From: an uncultured Gammaproteobacteria bacterium
GTDB lineage: Bacteria > Patescibacteriota > Patescibacteriia > Magasanikbacterales > UBA922
Assembly: GCA_964394405.1 (NCBI GenBank)
Contig: CAYMVY010000001.1
Span: forward strand, 102,546 to 166,545
Direction of reading: 5' to 3'
Length of the DNA: 64,000 nt
In this document: positions 10,896 to 19,145 of the stretch, piece by piece
Numbering within the stretch: position 1 is the stretch's first letter
Layout of the letters: each line of letters starts with the position of its first letter
The notes under the pieces: generated by a model
Database searches by the model: none
Seen by the model: the letters and a program-made list of their open reading frames with translations, nothing else
Told to the model about the DNA's origin: nothing
Program-made: the position numbers and the translations under genes

Positions 10896-10969
10896 TAGGC
10901 CTAGATGGACTCGAACCATCGACCCCAACGTTATAAGCGTTGTGCTCTAACCACCTGAGCTATAGGCCC
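10896..10969 (-). tRNA. tRNA-Ile with anticodon UAU
   Basis: Reverse complement GGGCCTATAGCTCAGGTGGTTAGAGCACAACGCTTATAACGTTGGGGTCGATGGTTCGAGTCCATCTAGGCCTA. Anticodon arm is CAACG-CTTATAA-CGTTG; the body closely resembles bacterial tRNA-Ile. Confidence 0.75.
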
Positions 10970-11054
10970 ATGTAAATGTATCCATACTAACAAAAAAAGG
11001 GGTTAAAATCAAGGACTTGAGTAAAACAAGATTTTGATATATACTTGTCATCAT

Positions 11055-11780
11055 ATGACTGATTCCAAACATAAATTCATGGTACAAAAAGCGCAGGAAC
11101 TCATGAAACTATCGAAAGACCCTATTCATGACCTGTCTCATGTAACACGTGTAGTTGCAAATGTACAAAAAATTGCACCTTCACTAAACCTTTCAAAAGA
11201 AGAAACAGACGCAATTGAGCTTGCAGCCTGGTGGCATGATGTTGCCCGAGTGCTCACCAAACAACCCTCATTTGTATGGATGGCATGCATTGATGACGCA
11301 GTATCTGCTCTCATGCTCTGTCTCCACAGTATCCGGTATGGTTTCTGGAGACACAGTGGTGGAATTGCAACAAAACTAATACTCTCAAAGACATTTGCCA
11401 CCGGAGCCGTATTCACCAAACTTCTCCTGTCAAAAAAAGAAAGATTAATGATGCATGTGTTACGGGATGCAGACCAGCTAGATGTGATGAATGCAGAGCG
11501 CCTTGCTCTCGTATGCGAGCTCTCAAAAACATCAAAAAAATATTTCTGGGGTCTGCAGTGTCTCATATTCTACAATACACGCCAATCTTCGTTAAAAATG
11601 AAAACCCCTGTTGCCAACACATATCTAGCTGAAGCAGTCGATGGAATCTACTACTGGATATGCGAGCGAAGATCTGATCCTTCCTATATAAATTTCTTTG
11701 GCCAAACTTGGATCGACAACTCAATAAAAAAATTTACAAGACTTCGTCAAAAATTAAATCCAATAAAAGAAGTGGCATAA
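11055..11780 (+). CDS. HD-domain phosphohydrolase family protein
   Basis: H...HD motif (LSHVTRV ... WWHDVARV). The ORF in the track begins with TTG at 11034; the first ATG is at 11055. Confidence 0.7.
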   Translation: MTDSKHKFMVQKAQELMKLSKDPIHDLSHVTRVVANVQKIAPSLNLSKEETDAIELAAWWHDVARVLTKQPSFVWMACIDDAVSALMLCLHSIRYGFWRHSGGIATKLILSKTFATGAVFTKLLLSKKERLMMHVLRDADQLDVMNAERLALVCELSKTSKKYFWGLQCLIFYNTRQSSLKMKTPVANTYLAEAVDGIYYWICERRSDPSYINFFGQTWIDNSIKKFTRLRQKLNPIKEVA

Positions 11781-11789
11781 GACATAATA

Positions 11790-12231
11790 AAAAAAAGAAG
11801 CGAAAAGCTTCTTTTTTGTTTTGTGAATCACAAAATTAATCATACAGAACTTATCCTGAATTTATCGAGAGAACGAAAAGCTAATTTTAGTTTCACCAAA
11901 ATTATAAGATAATTAATTAAATTTAATTTGTGATTTTCCATTTTTATTTCACAGTTGTATTATTTCTGTTATCTGTGTTTAAAAAATCTGTGCTAAAAGT
12001 TATTCACAGGTAAAAAGAAAAAAAACTTGTTTACTATTCAATAAAATAATAAAACAAAGTATACTTGTATCACAAAGGTCGTTTGTATTTGCAAATAGAT
12101 TTTTACGTCAATGCTTGTCATGTAAAAACTTTTGCACTACTGTGTTTGCGTGATCACTTGGTGTGCACCATGGTCACATCATCATTAACAAACACACACA
12201 TCTTAAATTAGAGAGGAGGTGTACAATAAGT
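11790..12231. promoter_or_regulatory. Unusually long (about 440 bp) very AT-rich intergenic region with many TGTGA/TCACA motifs, ending in a strong SD (GAGAGGAGGTG) for the small basic ORF
   Basis: At least 8 TGTGA/TCACA occurrences, including tgtgaatcaca, ttattcaca, gtgatcac and ggtcaca. SD is 8 nt upstream of ATG at 12232. Confidence 0.35.
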
Positions 12232-12357
12232 ATGCCAGCAAAAAGAAAACGCAAGGCAGCAGCTCCAAAAAAGCGCAAAGCAGCTAAAAGAAAGCCAGCT
12301 AAACGCAAAGCTGCTCGAAAGCCAGCTAAACGCCGCAAAGCCTCAAAGAAAAGATAG
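12232..12357 (+). CDS. 41-aa lysine/arginine/alanine-rich basic protein (histone H1/Hc1-like PAKRK repeats)
   Basis: MPAKRKRKAAAPKKRKAAKRKPAKRKAARKPAKRRKASKKR. Consensus SD upstream and a perfect terminator immediately downstream. Confidence 0.55.
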   Translation: MPAKRKRKAAAPKKRKAAKRKPAKRKAARKPAKRRKASKKR

Positions 12358-12371
12358 TCTTTTCTAGAGTT

Positions 12372-12404
12372 AAAACCCTGCACCATATATGGTGCAGGGT
12401 TTTT
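12372..12404. terminator. Rho-independent terminator (shared by convergent genes)
   Basis: aaaaccctgcaccatatatggtgcagggttttt: perfect 9-bp stem with A/T runs on both sides. Confidence 0.85.
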
Positions 12405-12422
12405 GTATATAAAATTATCTGT

Positions 12423-13709
12423 TTATTCCAAACCTAGGCTCACTTGGGTTGACAGGCCTCGAGATTCACTCTCCCCAAACACTTTGACAATACCAAACTC
12501 ACCGTCATACCCAGGACGGATATAGATATTTCCTTTTCTTACCCGATCAATGGCAGTGGCAATCATTTCGCTTGATGCATTCTGTATTTCTTGAAGTCCT
12601 GCATGGAGTAAAATAAAAAATTCACTGCCGAATTTTTCAACCAGCGAATTATACTCAGTAATCACTTTTTTTGAAGAAACACCAACCTGGTACACATCTG
12701 CAATAATCTCTGGAAGTGGAACAAGAGATTTAAACGGAATACGTTTTGTCTGAAACGCATGCTCTCTCGCTTCATCACTCGTTCGATCAGCAAGTTCGTG
12801 CACTCGATATTCCACTCCAATCGTTAACTGTTTCCCACACACCGGGCATACACCTTTTCTTTTTCTCGTTTCTTCAGGATTACAATAGAACTTACAATCT
12901 CGATGACCATCATAATGATATTTCCCCTCTTCGGGATAAAATTCAATCGTATACGCAAACTTGTTTGTATCCTGTTCTTCAATAATACGAAATATTTCAC
13001 TATACGTAGCTTCTTCTGCTGAATTGAATTGTAGAACATTCGCCTCTCGACCCAACTTCTGCAAACTATGTGCATCAGAACTTGAAACAAGCGCAATATT
13101 ATCAAGATGTGACCACCTCCAATTCATGAGGGGATCACTTGAAAGCCCAGTCTCAATCGCACGAATATATGGTGCGAGGTCTTCGAATGCTTCGTTAATC
13201 GAATTATACCCGCCTTTAGAGCCAAAAATTCCAAACCAAGGAGTCCAGGCATGTGCCGGGATCATTTTCATCCGAGGATCGACTTCGAGCATGAGTTCAA
13301 GAATCTGTTTTGACGTAAGCCCGATAATTGGTCGACCGTCTGAGCGAATATTGAACCCTCTGGTTTCCAAAACATGATTAAACTTTTCTGCAGACTCCAA
13401 ATTAGGAGCAAAAACAAGCAAATGAACACGCCGTGTCTGGTCCCCATGCTTTTTAATTGACGCAATCTCAGTGCCAATAATAAATCGCGTCTTACTTTCA
13501 TGATTTTTGAGCTTATAAATGCCCTCAATATCCGGGATAAGCTCACTCTTCATATGGTCAAACCATTTTGGATGAGTGAAGTCACTAGTAACCATGATAT
13601 CAACACCACGAACTTCGCAGGCTCTAGCAATTTTGGGCAACTCAAGATCTTTTGAGCAAGCTCGTGAATATTTGGAATGTGCATGCAAGTCGAGGACCTT
13701 CTGAATCAT
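12423..13709 (-). CDS. Endonuclease Q-like PHP-domain nuclease with C4 zinc finger
   Basis: From internal ATG: MIQKVLDLHAHSKYSRACSKD... Motifs VTSDFTHPKW, RVHLLVFAP, IPAHAWTPW, SSSDAHS..LGREANVL, GVCPVCGKQ, ELAD and LPEIIADV, in the order and spacing I recall for archaeal EndoQ. Length about 428 aa. Confidence 0.6.
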   Translation of the reverse strand: MIQKVLDLHAHSKYSRACSKDLELPKIARACEVRGVDIMVTSDFTHPKWFDHMKSELIPDIEGIYKLKNHESKTRFIIGTEIASIKKHGDQTRRVHLLVFAPNLESAEKFNHVLETRGFNIRSDGRPIIGLTSKQILELMLEVDPRMKMIPAHAWTPWFGIFGSKGGYNSINEAFEDLAPYIRAIETGLSSDPLMNWRWSHLDNIALVSSSDAHSLQKLGREANVLQFNSAEEATYSEIFRIIEEQDTNKFAYTIEFYPEEGKYHYDGHRDCKFYCNPEETRKRKGVCPVCGKQLTIGVEYRVHELADRTSDEAREHAFQTKRIPFKSLVPLPEIIADVYQVGVSSKKVITEYNSLVEKFGSEFFILLHAGLQEIQNASSEMIATAIDRVRKGNIYIRPGYDGEFGIVKVFGESESRGLSTQVSLGLE

Positions 13710-13753
13710 AAAATGAAGTATAGTTCTCCCCCTAGTCACAAGTAATAGGAAAA

Positions 13754-14110
13754 TTAGGTAAGAGAAGTGAGATGCAAACAAATAACAAATATCTTGTCTG
13801 TCACTTTTTCTCGTTCTTCTAAAATTTGAATGCGAGTAAATTTGACGATCGTATAACCTCGACCAAGTAGCCAATCCTCACGATACCCATCGCGTTCTCC
13901 CTCTACTACCTCTTCAACCACTTCTACAATAAGCTTCAACTCAGAACAATAAAAATCCACGCTATATGGCCCCAATGAAACCTGCGACTTGAACTTATAC
14001 CGCACACTATTTTTTGCAAGTTCCTGCCAAAGTACACAAAATGCGGCAGAAAGAGAAAAAGAGCCTTCGCGATGTTCCAAGGTTTTGTCGTAGAATTGTA
14101 CTTTTTTCAT
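13754..14110 (-). CDS. DUF559 / Vsr-like (very-short-patch-repair-type) endonuclease-fold protein
   Basis: From internal ATG MKKVQFYDK...; core YSVDFYCSELKLIVEVVEE is typical of DUF559. Confidence 0.65.
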   Translation of the reverse strand: MKKVQFYDKTLEHREGSFSLSAAFCVLWQELAKNSVRYKFKSQVSLGPYSVDFYCSELKLIVEVVEEVVEGERDGYREDWLLGRGYTIVKFTRIQILEEREKVTDKIFVICLHLTSLT

Positions 14111-14179
14111 ACCCCTCCAATTATACGTAATATAAATTACTGTATACCCTTTAGACACGTTGTTCAATGATCCGTACAA

Positions 14180-15127
14180 TTACCATCTTCCAGAAGCTCC
14201 GCCACCACCAGATGAACCACCGCCAAATCCTCCAAAACCACCACTTGATTTTCCCCCACCTCCACCAAACCCGCCACCGCCAAATCCTCCACCAGTCCAT
14301 CCACCAGATCGAGGTGGCCAATTTTTCTTCCCCTCCTTGCTTATTTTTTCTGCACTCTCACGAAATTTTCTGAATTGTGGAAGCCGTGAGACAGCCCAAT
14401 CCACCAACAAACCAAAACCAAAACCAAACACTCCGCCGAGAAGTACAGTATTGGTAATCATACCCACCAGAGCTCCGAGTCCCCCGCCGACAATACCTCC
14501 GGCTACAAATGATCTTGAGCGAGAAAGTTGTAAAAATACTTGAGAAAAAACGGTAAATATGATACTTCCTGCAATAATTAAAACAAAAATTGCAGCAAAC
14601 CAACCCGCGACTCCGTCATCATATGCGGGAGCGATATATTCCCCTTCAACTGCTTGCGTGATAGCGATCGTAGCCTCCTCAATCCCCGTACTAAAATCTC
14701 CTGTTTTAAAAGCTGGGATAAGAATAGTGTCAATAATCTGTGAAGTTTCAAAATCGGTAAGCGCACCCTCCAATCCATACCCGACCTCAATTCTCACTTC
14801 GCGTTCGTTCGGCGCTACTAATAGCAAGATGCCATTATCTTGTTTTGCTGCGCCAACTCCCCAAAACTCAAACAATCCAATAGCATATTCCTCAATGGTG
14901 AAATCTTCCAGTGAAGAAACTGTAGCTACCGCAATCTCACTTGTAGAAGTTACCGCAAGAGCGCTGAGGCGATCAGTAATGCGCGCCTCAACCATAGCAT
15001 CAATAACCCCTGCATCATCAACTACAAATCCAGTTGGCTGAGGGTAGGTAGGGGCTGTATATGCAGTCTGCACCCATACAAAAGATACTACGATGACAGA
15101 TGTAATCGCATGCAAAATTCGCCGCAT
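14180..15127 (-). CDS. TPM-domain (TLP18.3/Psb32/YgcG-like) membrane protein with glycine-rich C-terminal tail
   Basis: Signal/TM, a TPM-like domain (TGFVVDDAGVI ... LLLVAPNEREVRIEVGYGLEG), a TM segment, then a GGFGGGG-repeat tail. Confidence 0.8.
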   Translation of the reverse strand: MRRILHAITSVIVVSFVWVQTAYTAPTYPQPTGFVVDDAGVIDAMVEARITDRLSALAVTSTSEIAVATVSSLEDFTIEEYAIGLFEFWGVGAAKQDNGILLLVAPNEREVRIEVGYGLEGALTDFETSQIIDTILIPAFKTGDFSTGIEEATIAITQAVEGEYIAPAYDDGVAGWFAAIFVLIIAGSIIFTVFSQVFLQLSRSRSFVAGGIVGGGLGALVGMITNTVLLGGVFGFGFGLLVDWAVSRLPQFRKFRESAEKISKEGKKNWPPRSGGWTGGGFGGGGFGGGGGKSSGGFGGFGGGSSGGGGASGRW

Positions 15128-15133
15128 AGAAAA

Positions 15134-15730
15134 TTATGATCCAATATTAAACTCAACTTTTGGAGCTTGATTAGCGCCCTCTGTTGCTTCAAACAATTGT
15201 CGTTCCTTATCAAATCCGAATAATGAGACAAAGAAAACACCAGGAATAGCTTTGGCACGAACATTATAGGTGCGGACTACCTCATTGTATCTCATACGCT
15301 CAGTTGCAATACGGTTCTCAGTCCCCTCCAGCTGATTCTGCAGGGCCATAAAATTTTCATTAGACTTGAGCACTGGATAATTTTCAGACACCGCGAGCAA
15401 TCGAGATAATGCGCTTGATAGCTCACCCTGAGCTTGCTGGAACTGTTGAAATAACTGCGGATTAGCCAATACCTCTGGAGTTACGGTTAATTGACCCACT
15501 TTTGCTCGAGCTTCTGCAACCCCATTGAACACAGCTTGCTCCTGTTTTGCGATACCCTGTACCGTTGAAACTAAATTAGGAATCAAATCATACCGACGCT
15601 GATACTGATTTTCCACCTGTGCCCATGCAGTTGACACATTCTCGTTCAAATTGACAAATGAATTATATGTCCCCACGAGCCACATTACGACGACGAGGAG
15701 TATCCCCCCTCCAATAAGCCATGACTTCAT
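15134..15730 (-). CDS. lemA: LemA-family protein
   Basis: N-terminal TM plus NSFVNLNENVSTAWAQVENQYQRRYDLIPNLV, the classic LemA signature. It pairs with the TPM gene. Confidence 0.85.
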   Translation of the reverse strand: MKSWLIGGGILLVVVMWLVGTYNSFVNLNENVSTAWAQVENQYQRRYDLIPNLVSTVQGIAKQEQAVFNGVAEARAKVGQLTVTPEVLANPQLFQQFQQAQGELSSALSRLLAVSENYPVLKSNENFMALQNQLEGTENRIATERMRYNEVVRTYNVRAKAIPGVFFVSLFGFDKERQLFEATEGANQAPKVEFNIGS

Positions 15731-15822
15731 AGAATGAAGATAAGAATAAATATGTAATACTTATATATAATACTATACCATACCAATATTTTTTACTAGT
15801 TCCTCTGTCGCCACTACACCAT

Positions 15823-16467
15823 TTACACAAAAATTACAGACTCACTAACTACCACACGTTCCCCGGTAACTGGCTGATCAAACTGCAATGCTACTGCCGC
15901 AAGCGCAATAGCACCTTTTTTGTATTCTTTCTTCGCTCCATACTTGCTATCCCCTACCAGCGGATGCCCGATATGGGCAAATTGTGAGCGTATTTGGTGT
16001 GAACGCCCAGTCCTTAATTCAATTTCAACAAGGGTAGTACCCCCTTTAAATTCAACAACTCGATACGATAATTCAGCTTTTTTTGCATCCCCGTGTGGAG
16101 TATCGTACACGGTTACAAAATTCCGCTCAGTATCTTTCAAAAGATAATTAATCAAAATCCCCTCTTTTTTTTCTAATTTACCTTCAACTAACGCATGATA
16201 TATTTTTCTAACCGTATGTGCTCGAAATTGCTCTGATAATCTCGAAGCCCCCTTACTCGTTTTACCAAAAATGACAATTCCAGCTACCGGCCGATCAAGT
16301 CGATGAATCAATCCCAAAAATACAGCCCCTGGTTTCTGATATTTCTCCTTGAGATATGTTTTTACCATATCCATAAGAGAACTATCGCCCGTCTCATCAC
16401 CCTGCACAGGGACACCAGCATCTTTCCACACCACAATCACATGATTGTCTTCATAAAGAACTTTCAT
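15823..16467 (-). CDS. RluA-family pseudouridine synthase (short form)
   Basis: HRLDRPVAGIVIFGKT catalytic motif. Confidence 0.85.
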   Translation of the reverse strand: MKVLYEDNHVIVVWKDAGVPVQGDETGDSSLMDMVKTYLKEKYQKPGAVFLGLIHRLDRPVAGIVIFGKTSKGASRLSEQFRAHTVRKIYHALVEGKLEKKEGILINYLLKDTERNFVTVYDTPHGDAKKAELSYRVVEFKGGTTLVEIELRTGRSHQIRSQFAHIGHPLVGDSKYGAKKEYKKGAIALAAVALQFDQPVTGERVVVSESVIFV

Positions 16468-16470
16468 AAC

Positions 16471-17346
16471 TTAGAGAGAGCTCCAACGTGAAAATATTCC
16501 GCACGGTAACAATCTTTCTGATTTTGATTCTTCAATCGCAAGTTCACCTTTTTCAAACTTTCCACCAAACTTCTGAAGTAGTTGCTTTAGATTATTTTCA
16601 TACGCGATTGATGAATAACCTGACGCATACCCATTAATGAGAAAAAATACAGGTGTATCTGATAAAATTTCAGCACATAATTTCAATAATTCAGGCAAAT
16701 CGTCTTCAATTTTCCACAATTCTTTCTTTGGCCCATGGCCAAAAGCTGGTGGATCAAGAAGAATCCCCTCATACTTATTCCCCCGCTTAATCTCACGCTT
16801 TACAAAGGTTCGTGCATCATCAAGAATCCATCGTATTGGCTTGTCTTCCAGCCCCGAAGCTTTCGCATTGTCTTTCCCCCATTGTATAGCGACTTTTGAC
16901 CCATCTACATGCACCACAGAGGCACCAGCCTGTGCCGCAGCTAGACTCGCCCCTCCAGTATAGCCAAATAAATTTAAAACGCTTACATCTCGTTTTGCTG
17001 CTGTAATTTTTTCTCTCATCCAATCCCAATTAGATAGTTGTTCAGGAAATAATCCAGTATGTTTAAAAGAGGTTGGACGAATCCACAATTTCAAATTCCC
17101 GAATTCAATCTGCCACTTCTCAGGCATTCCTTTTTTCAAATTCCAATCTCCTTTTTTACCCTCACGATTAAAAGAAGCGTGTGCTTTATTCCACTCTTGG
17201 ATATTCAAACTCCTCGCCCATAATGCTTGAGGATCTGGTCTTCGAAAAATGACGTTCCCATATCGTTCGAGTTTTTCTCCTTCTCCGCTATCGAGTAATT
17301 CATAATCTTTCGACGTTTTTGTAATTGCAAGTGAAATATCGGGCAT
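16471..17346 (-). CDS. Class I SAM-dependent RNA methyltransferase (RlmI/RlmK-like)
   Basis: NLFGYTGGASLAAAQAGA SAM-binding motif. Confidence 0.65.
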   Translation of the reverse strand: MPDISLAITKTSKDYELLDSGEGEKLERYGNVIFRRPDPQALWARSLNIQEWNKAHASFNREGKKGDWNLKKGMPEKWQIEFGNLKLWIRPTSFKHTGLFPEQLSNWDWMREKITAAKRDVSVLNLFGYTGGASLAAAQAGASVVHVDGSKVAIQWGKDNAKASGLEDKPIRWILDDARTFVKREIKRGNKYEGILLDPPAFGHGPKKELWKIEDDLPELLKLCAEILSDTPVFFLINGYASGYSSIAYENNLKQLLQKFGGKFEKGELAIEESKSERLLPCGIFSRWSSL

Positions 17347-17353
17347 AATAATA

Positions 17354-17698
17354 TTAATTCAACTCCATTCTAAATTCATATCCAAATTTTTCAAAACCTT
17401 TTCGCATGTACCATGCATGTACTTCCTCTCGTCCAGTTCGAGAAGTCGCTAAAATCTTATAACATCCTTTATCACGAGCGACTTTAATTACTTCAGACAG
17501 AAGTGCATTCCCCACACCTTTGCTCCGCTGACTCTCAATAACTAACAAATCTTCAAGAAGTGCATACGGCTGCTCATGTAAGTCATTAATAATAAAAAAT
17601 AGATACACATGCCCGATCTCAACACCTTCGGCTCCAGTCAATGAAATACGAATACCTTGAGAGGATATATCAGTATACGAAGTATGATAGTCAGACAT
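17354..17698 (-). CDS. GNAT family N-acetyltransferase
   Basis: QRSKGVGNALLSEVIKVARDKGCYKI acetyl-CoA binding motif. Confidence 0.75.
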   Translation of the reverse strand: MSDYHTSYTDISSQGIRISLTGAEGVEIGHVYLFFIINDLHEQPYALLEDLLVIESQRSKGVGNALLSEVIKVARDKGCYKILATSRTGREEVHAWYMRKGFEKFGYEFRMELN

Positions 17699-17700
17699 AG

Positions 17701-18663
17701 TTATTCCAGTGTCAAAATATATTTGTGAATTAAATCACCCAACTTCTGAGGATCGATAGATCCCAAGTCCCGCTCAAAAGACTGAGCAATCACAGGTACA
17801 GAAACATGCTCAGTATCTACAATAAGTCGCTCCCAATATTTCTTTTCATAGAATGCTTTCTGCTCAGAAGTAAGCTCTACAGTATTTGAAAATACCATAT
17901 CTATCTCACGGGGTAAATAGAACTGTACGGTCGAAACCAACTCACTTGTCGAACGAGGTCCTGTCTCTCCATTACTTTCTATAGTATTACCAGCGACAAA
18001 TACTAATTTTGCTCGTGATCGCTCGATCGCTTCTTTCATACCTTGTGGCAGAAGAGTGGCGACAATGCTCGTGTAGCAACTTCCTGGCCCAATAATAAGT
18101 ATATCAGCTTCTTCAATTACTCGCATGGCTTCTGGATACATCTGTGGTGCCGGTTCAAGCCAAGCGCGTGTAATGGTAATTGATCTATCCCATATCGGCC
18201 GATCAATTGCATCTTCTCCTCTTACAATTACTCCATTTGATAATTCCACACACAAATCACTGAGGGAAAGTGTGGCGGGAAATACATGTCCCGCAGAATC
18301 AACCGCGCGCTCAAGTAATTCGATCGGATCGAGAATATTTCCTGAGTAGTGCGTTGTTAGTGCAAAAAATAAATGACCAACCGCAAGTCCATGTAATTTC
18401 CCAACATCTTCAACGCGAACATCATAAAACATTCGTTTGAGAAAATCATAGTCATATGCACTCATGGCCAATATCGCTCGCAGAATATCCGCAGGAGGCA
18501 AGATACCAAATTCTTTTCTAAATTTACCAGACGATCTACCTGAATCACTCATTCCAATCACTGCTGATATCGAATAGTGATCGAGATAGGGTTTCAATGC
18601 TTGAATAGAAATAGCACTTCCATTTCCTCCGCCAATAATTACTACTTTTCTCTTATGATCCAT
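17701..18663 (-). CDS. yvcK: YvcK/CofD-family (UPF0052) gluconeogenesis factor-like protein
   Basis: VVIIGGGNGSAISIQALK ... MSDSGRSSGKFRKEFGILPPAD. Confidence 0.85.
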   Translation of the reverse strand: MDHKRKVVIIGGGNGSAISIQALKPYLDHYSISAVIGMSDSGRSSGKFRKEFGILPPADILRAILAMSAYDYDFLKRMFYDVRVEDVGKLHGLAVGHLFFALTTHYSGNILDPIELLERAVDSAGHVFPATLSLSDLCVELSNGVIVRGEDAIDRPIWDRSITITRAWLEPAPQMYPEAMRVIEEADILIIGPGSCYTSIVATLLPQGMKEAIERSRAKLVFVAGNTIESNGETGPRSTSELVSTVQFYLPREIDMVFSNTVELTSEQKAFYEKKYWERLIVDTEHVSVPVIAQSFERDLGSIDPQKLGDLIHKYILTLE

Positions 18664-18667
18664 AGTG

Positions 18668-19117
18668 TTAAAACAATATTTTGTCTAATTTTGCATCTTC
18701 CAAATCAAAACATTCCAGAATTGCATGAATATTTTTTTCTCCCCTGACCAACACCACATCCATACCAGCACCACGAGCACCCTCTACCCCAGAAAGCGAA
18801 TCTTCAATCACAAGACATGTCGATGGTTCAGAGTTCAAATCTTCTGCAACTCGTAAAAATAAATCAGGCGCAGGCTTACCCATATAATCTACCTGATCAA
18901 TACCTACAATAGTATCAAAATACTCTAATAAGTTATGCTTCTCCAATCTTTCTCTAATTGATGAGGTTGAAGTGTTTGAAGCAATCCCTAGTGCAATTCC
19001 TGATTTTTTGAGTTTAATAATCAACGCTTTTACGTCGTCATACACTTTGTTTCCATGCACAATCGTCCCTTCAAAATCAAAAATTACTGCTTTAAATTTT
19101 GTATTAAATTGATTCAT
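18668..19117 (-). CDS. HAD-superfamily hydrolase (small)
   Basis: AVIFDFEGTIV motif I and a D-rich motif IV. Confidence 0.7.
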   Translation of the reverse strand: MNQFNTKFKAVIFDFEGTIVHGNKVYDDVKALIIKLKKSGIALGIASNTSTSSIRERLEKHNLLEYFDTIVGIDQVDYMGKPAPDLFLRVAEDLNSEPSTCLVIEDSLSGVEGARGAGMDVVLVRGEKNIHAILECFDLEDAKLDKILF

Positions 19118-19145
19118 AAATCAGTGTCATCCGTGTTCTATTGAC

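Noticed and set aside
11790-12231. Chromosomal origin of replication in the long AT-rich region
   Set aside because: Only one good DnaA-box-like 9-mer (ttattcaca) is present. No dnaA, dnaN or gidA neighbours. gyrB is 40 kb away with unrelated flanks. More likely a regulatory or promoter region.
12961-13377. 138-aa + strand ORF (and 22249-22920, 223 aa)
   Set aside because: They are antisense to well-supported genes (EndoQ-like, tdh). They have no SD and no conserved motifs.
14160-14543. Proline-rich 127-aa ORF on the + strand
   Set aside because: It is antisense to the glycine-rich tail of the TPM-domain gene (GGN repeats read as PPN on the other strand).
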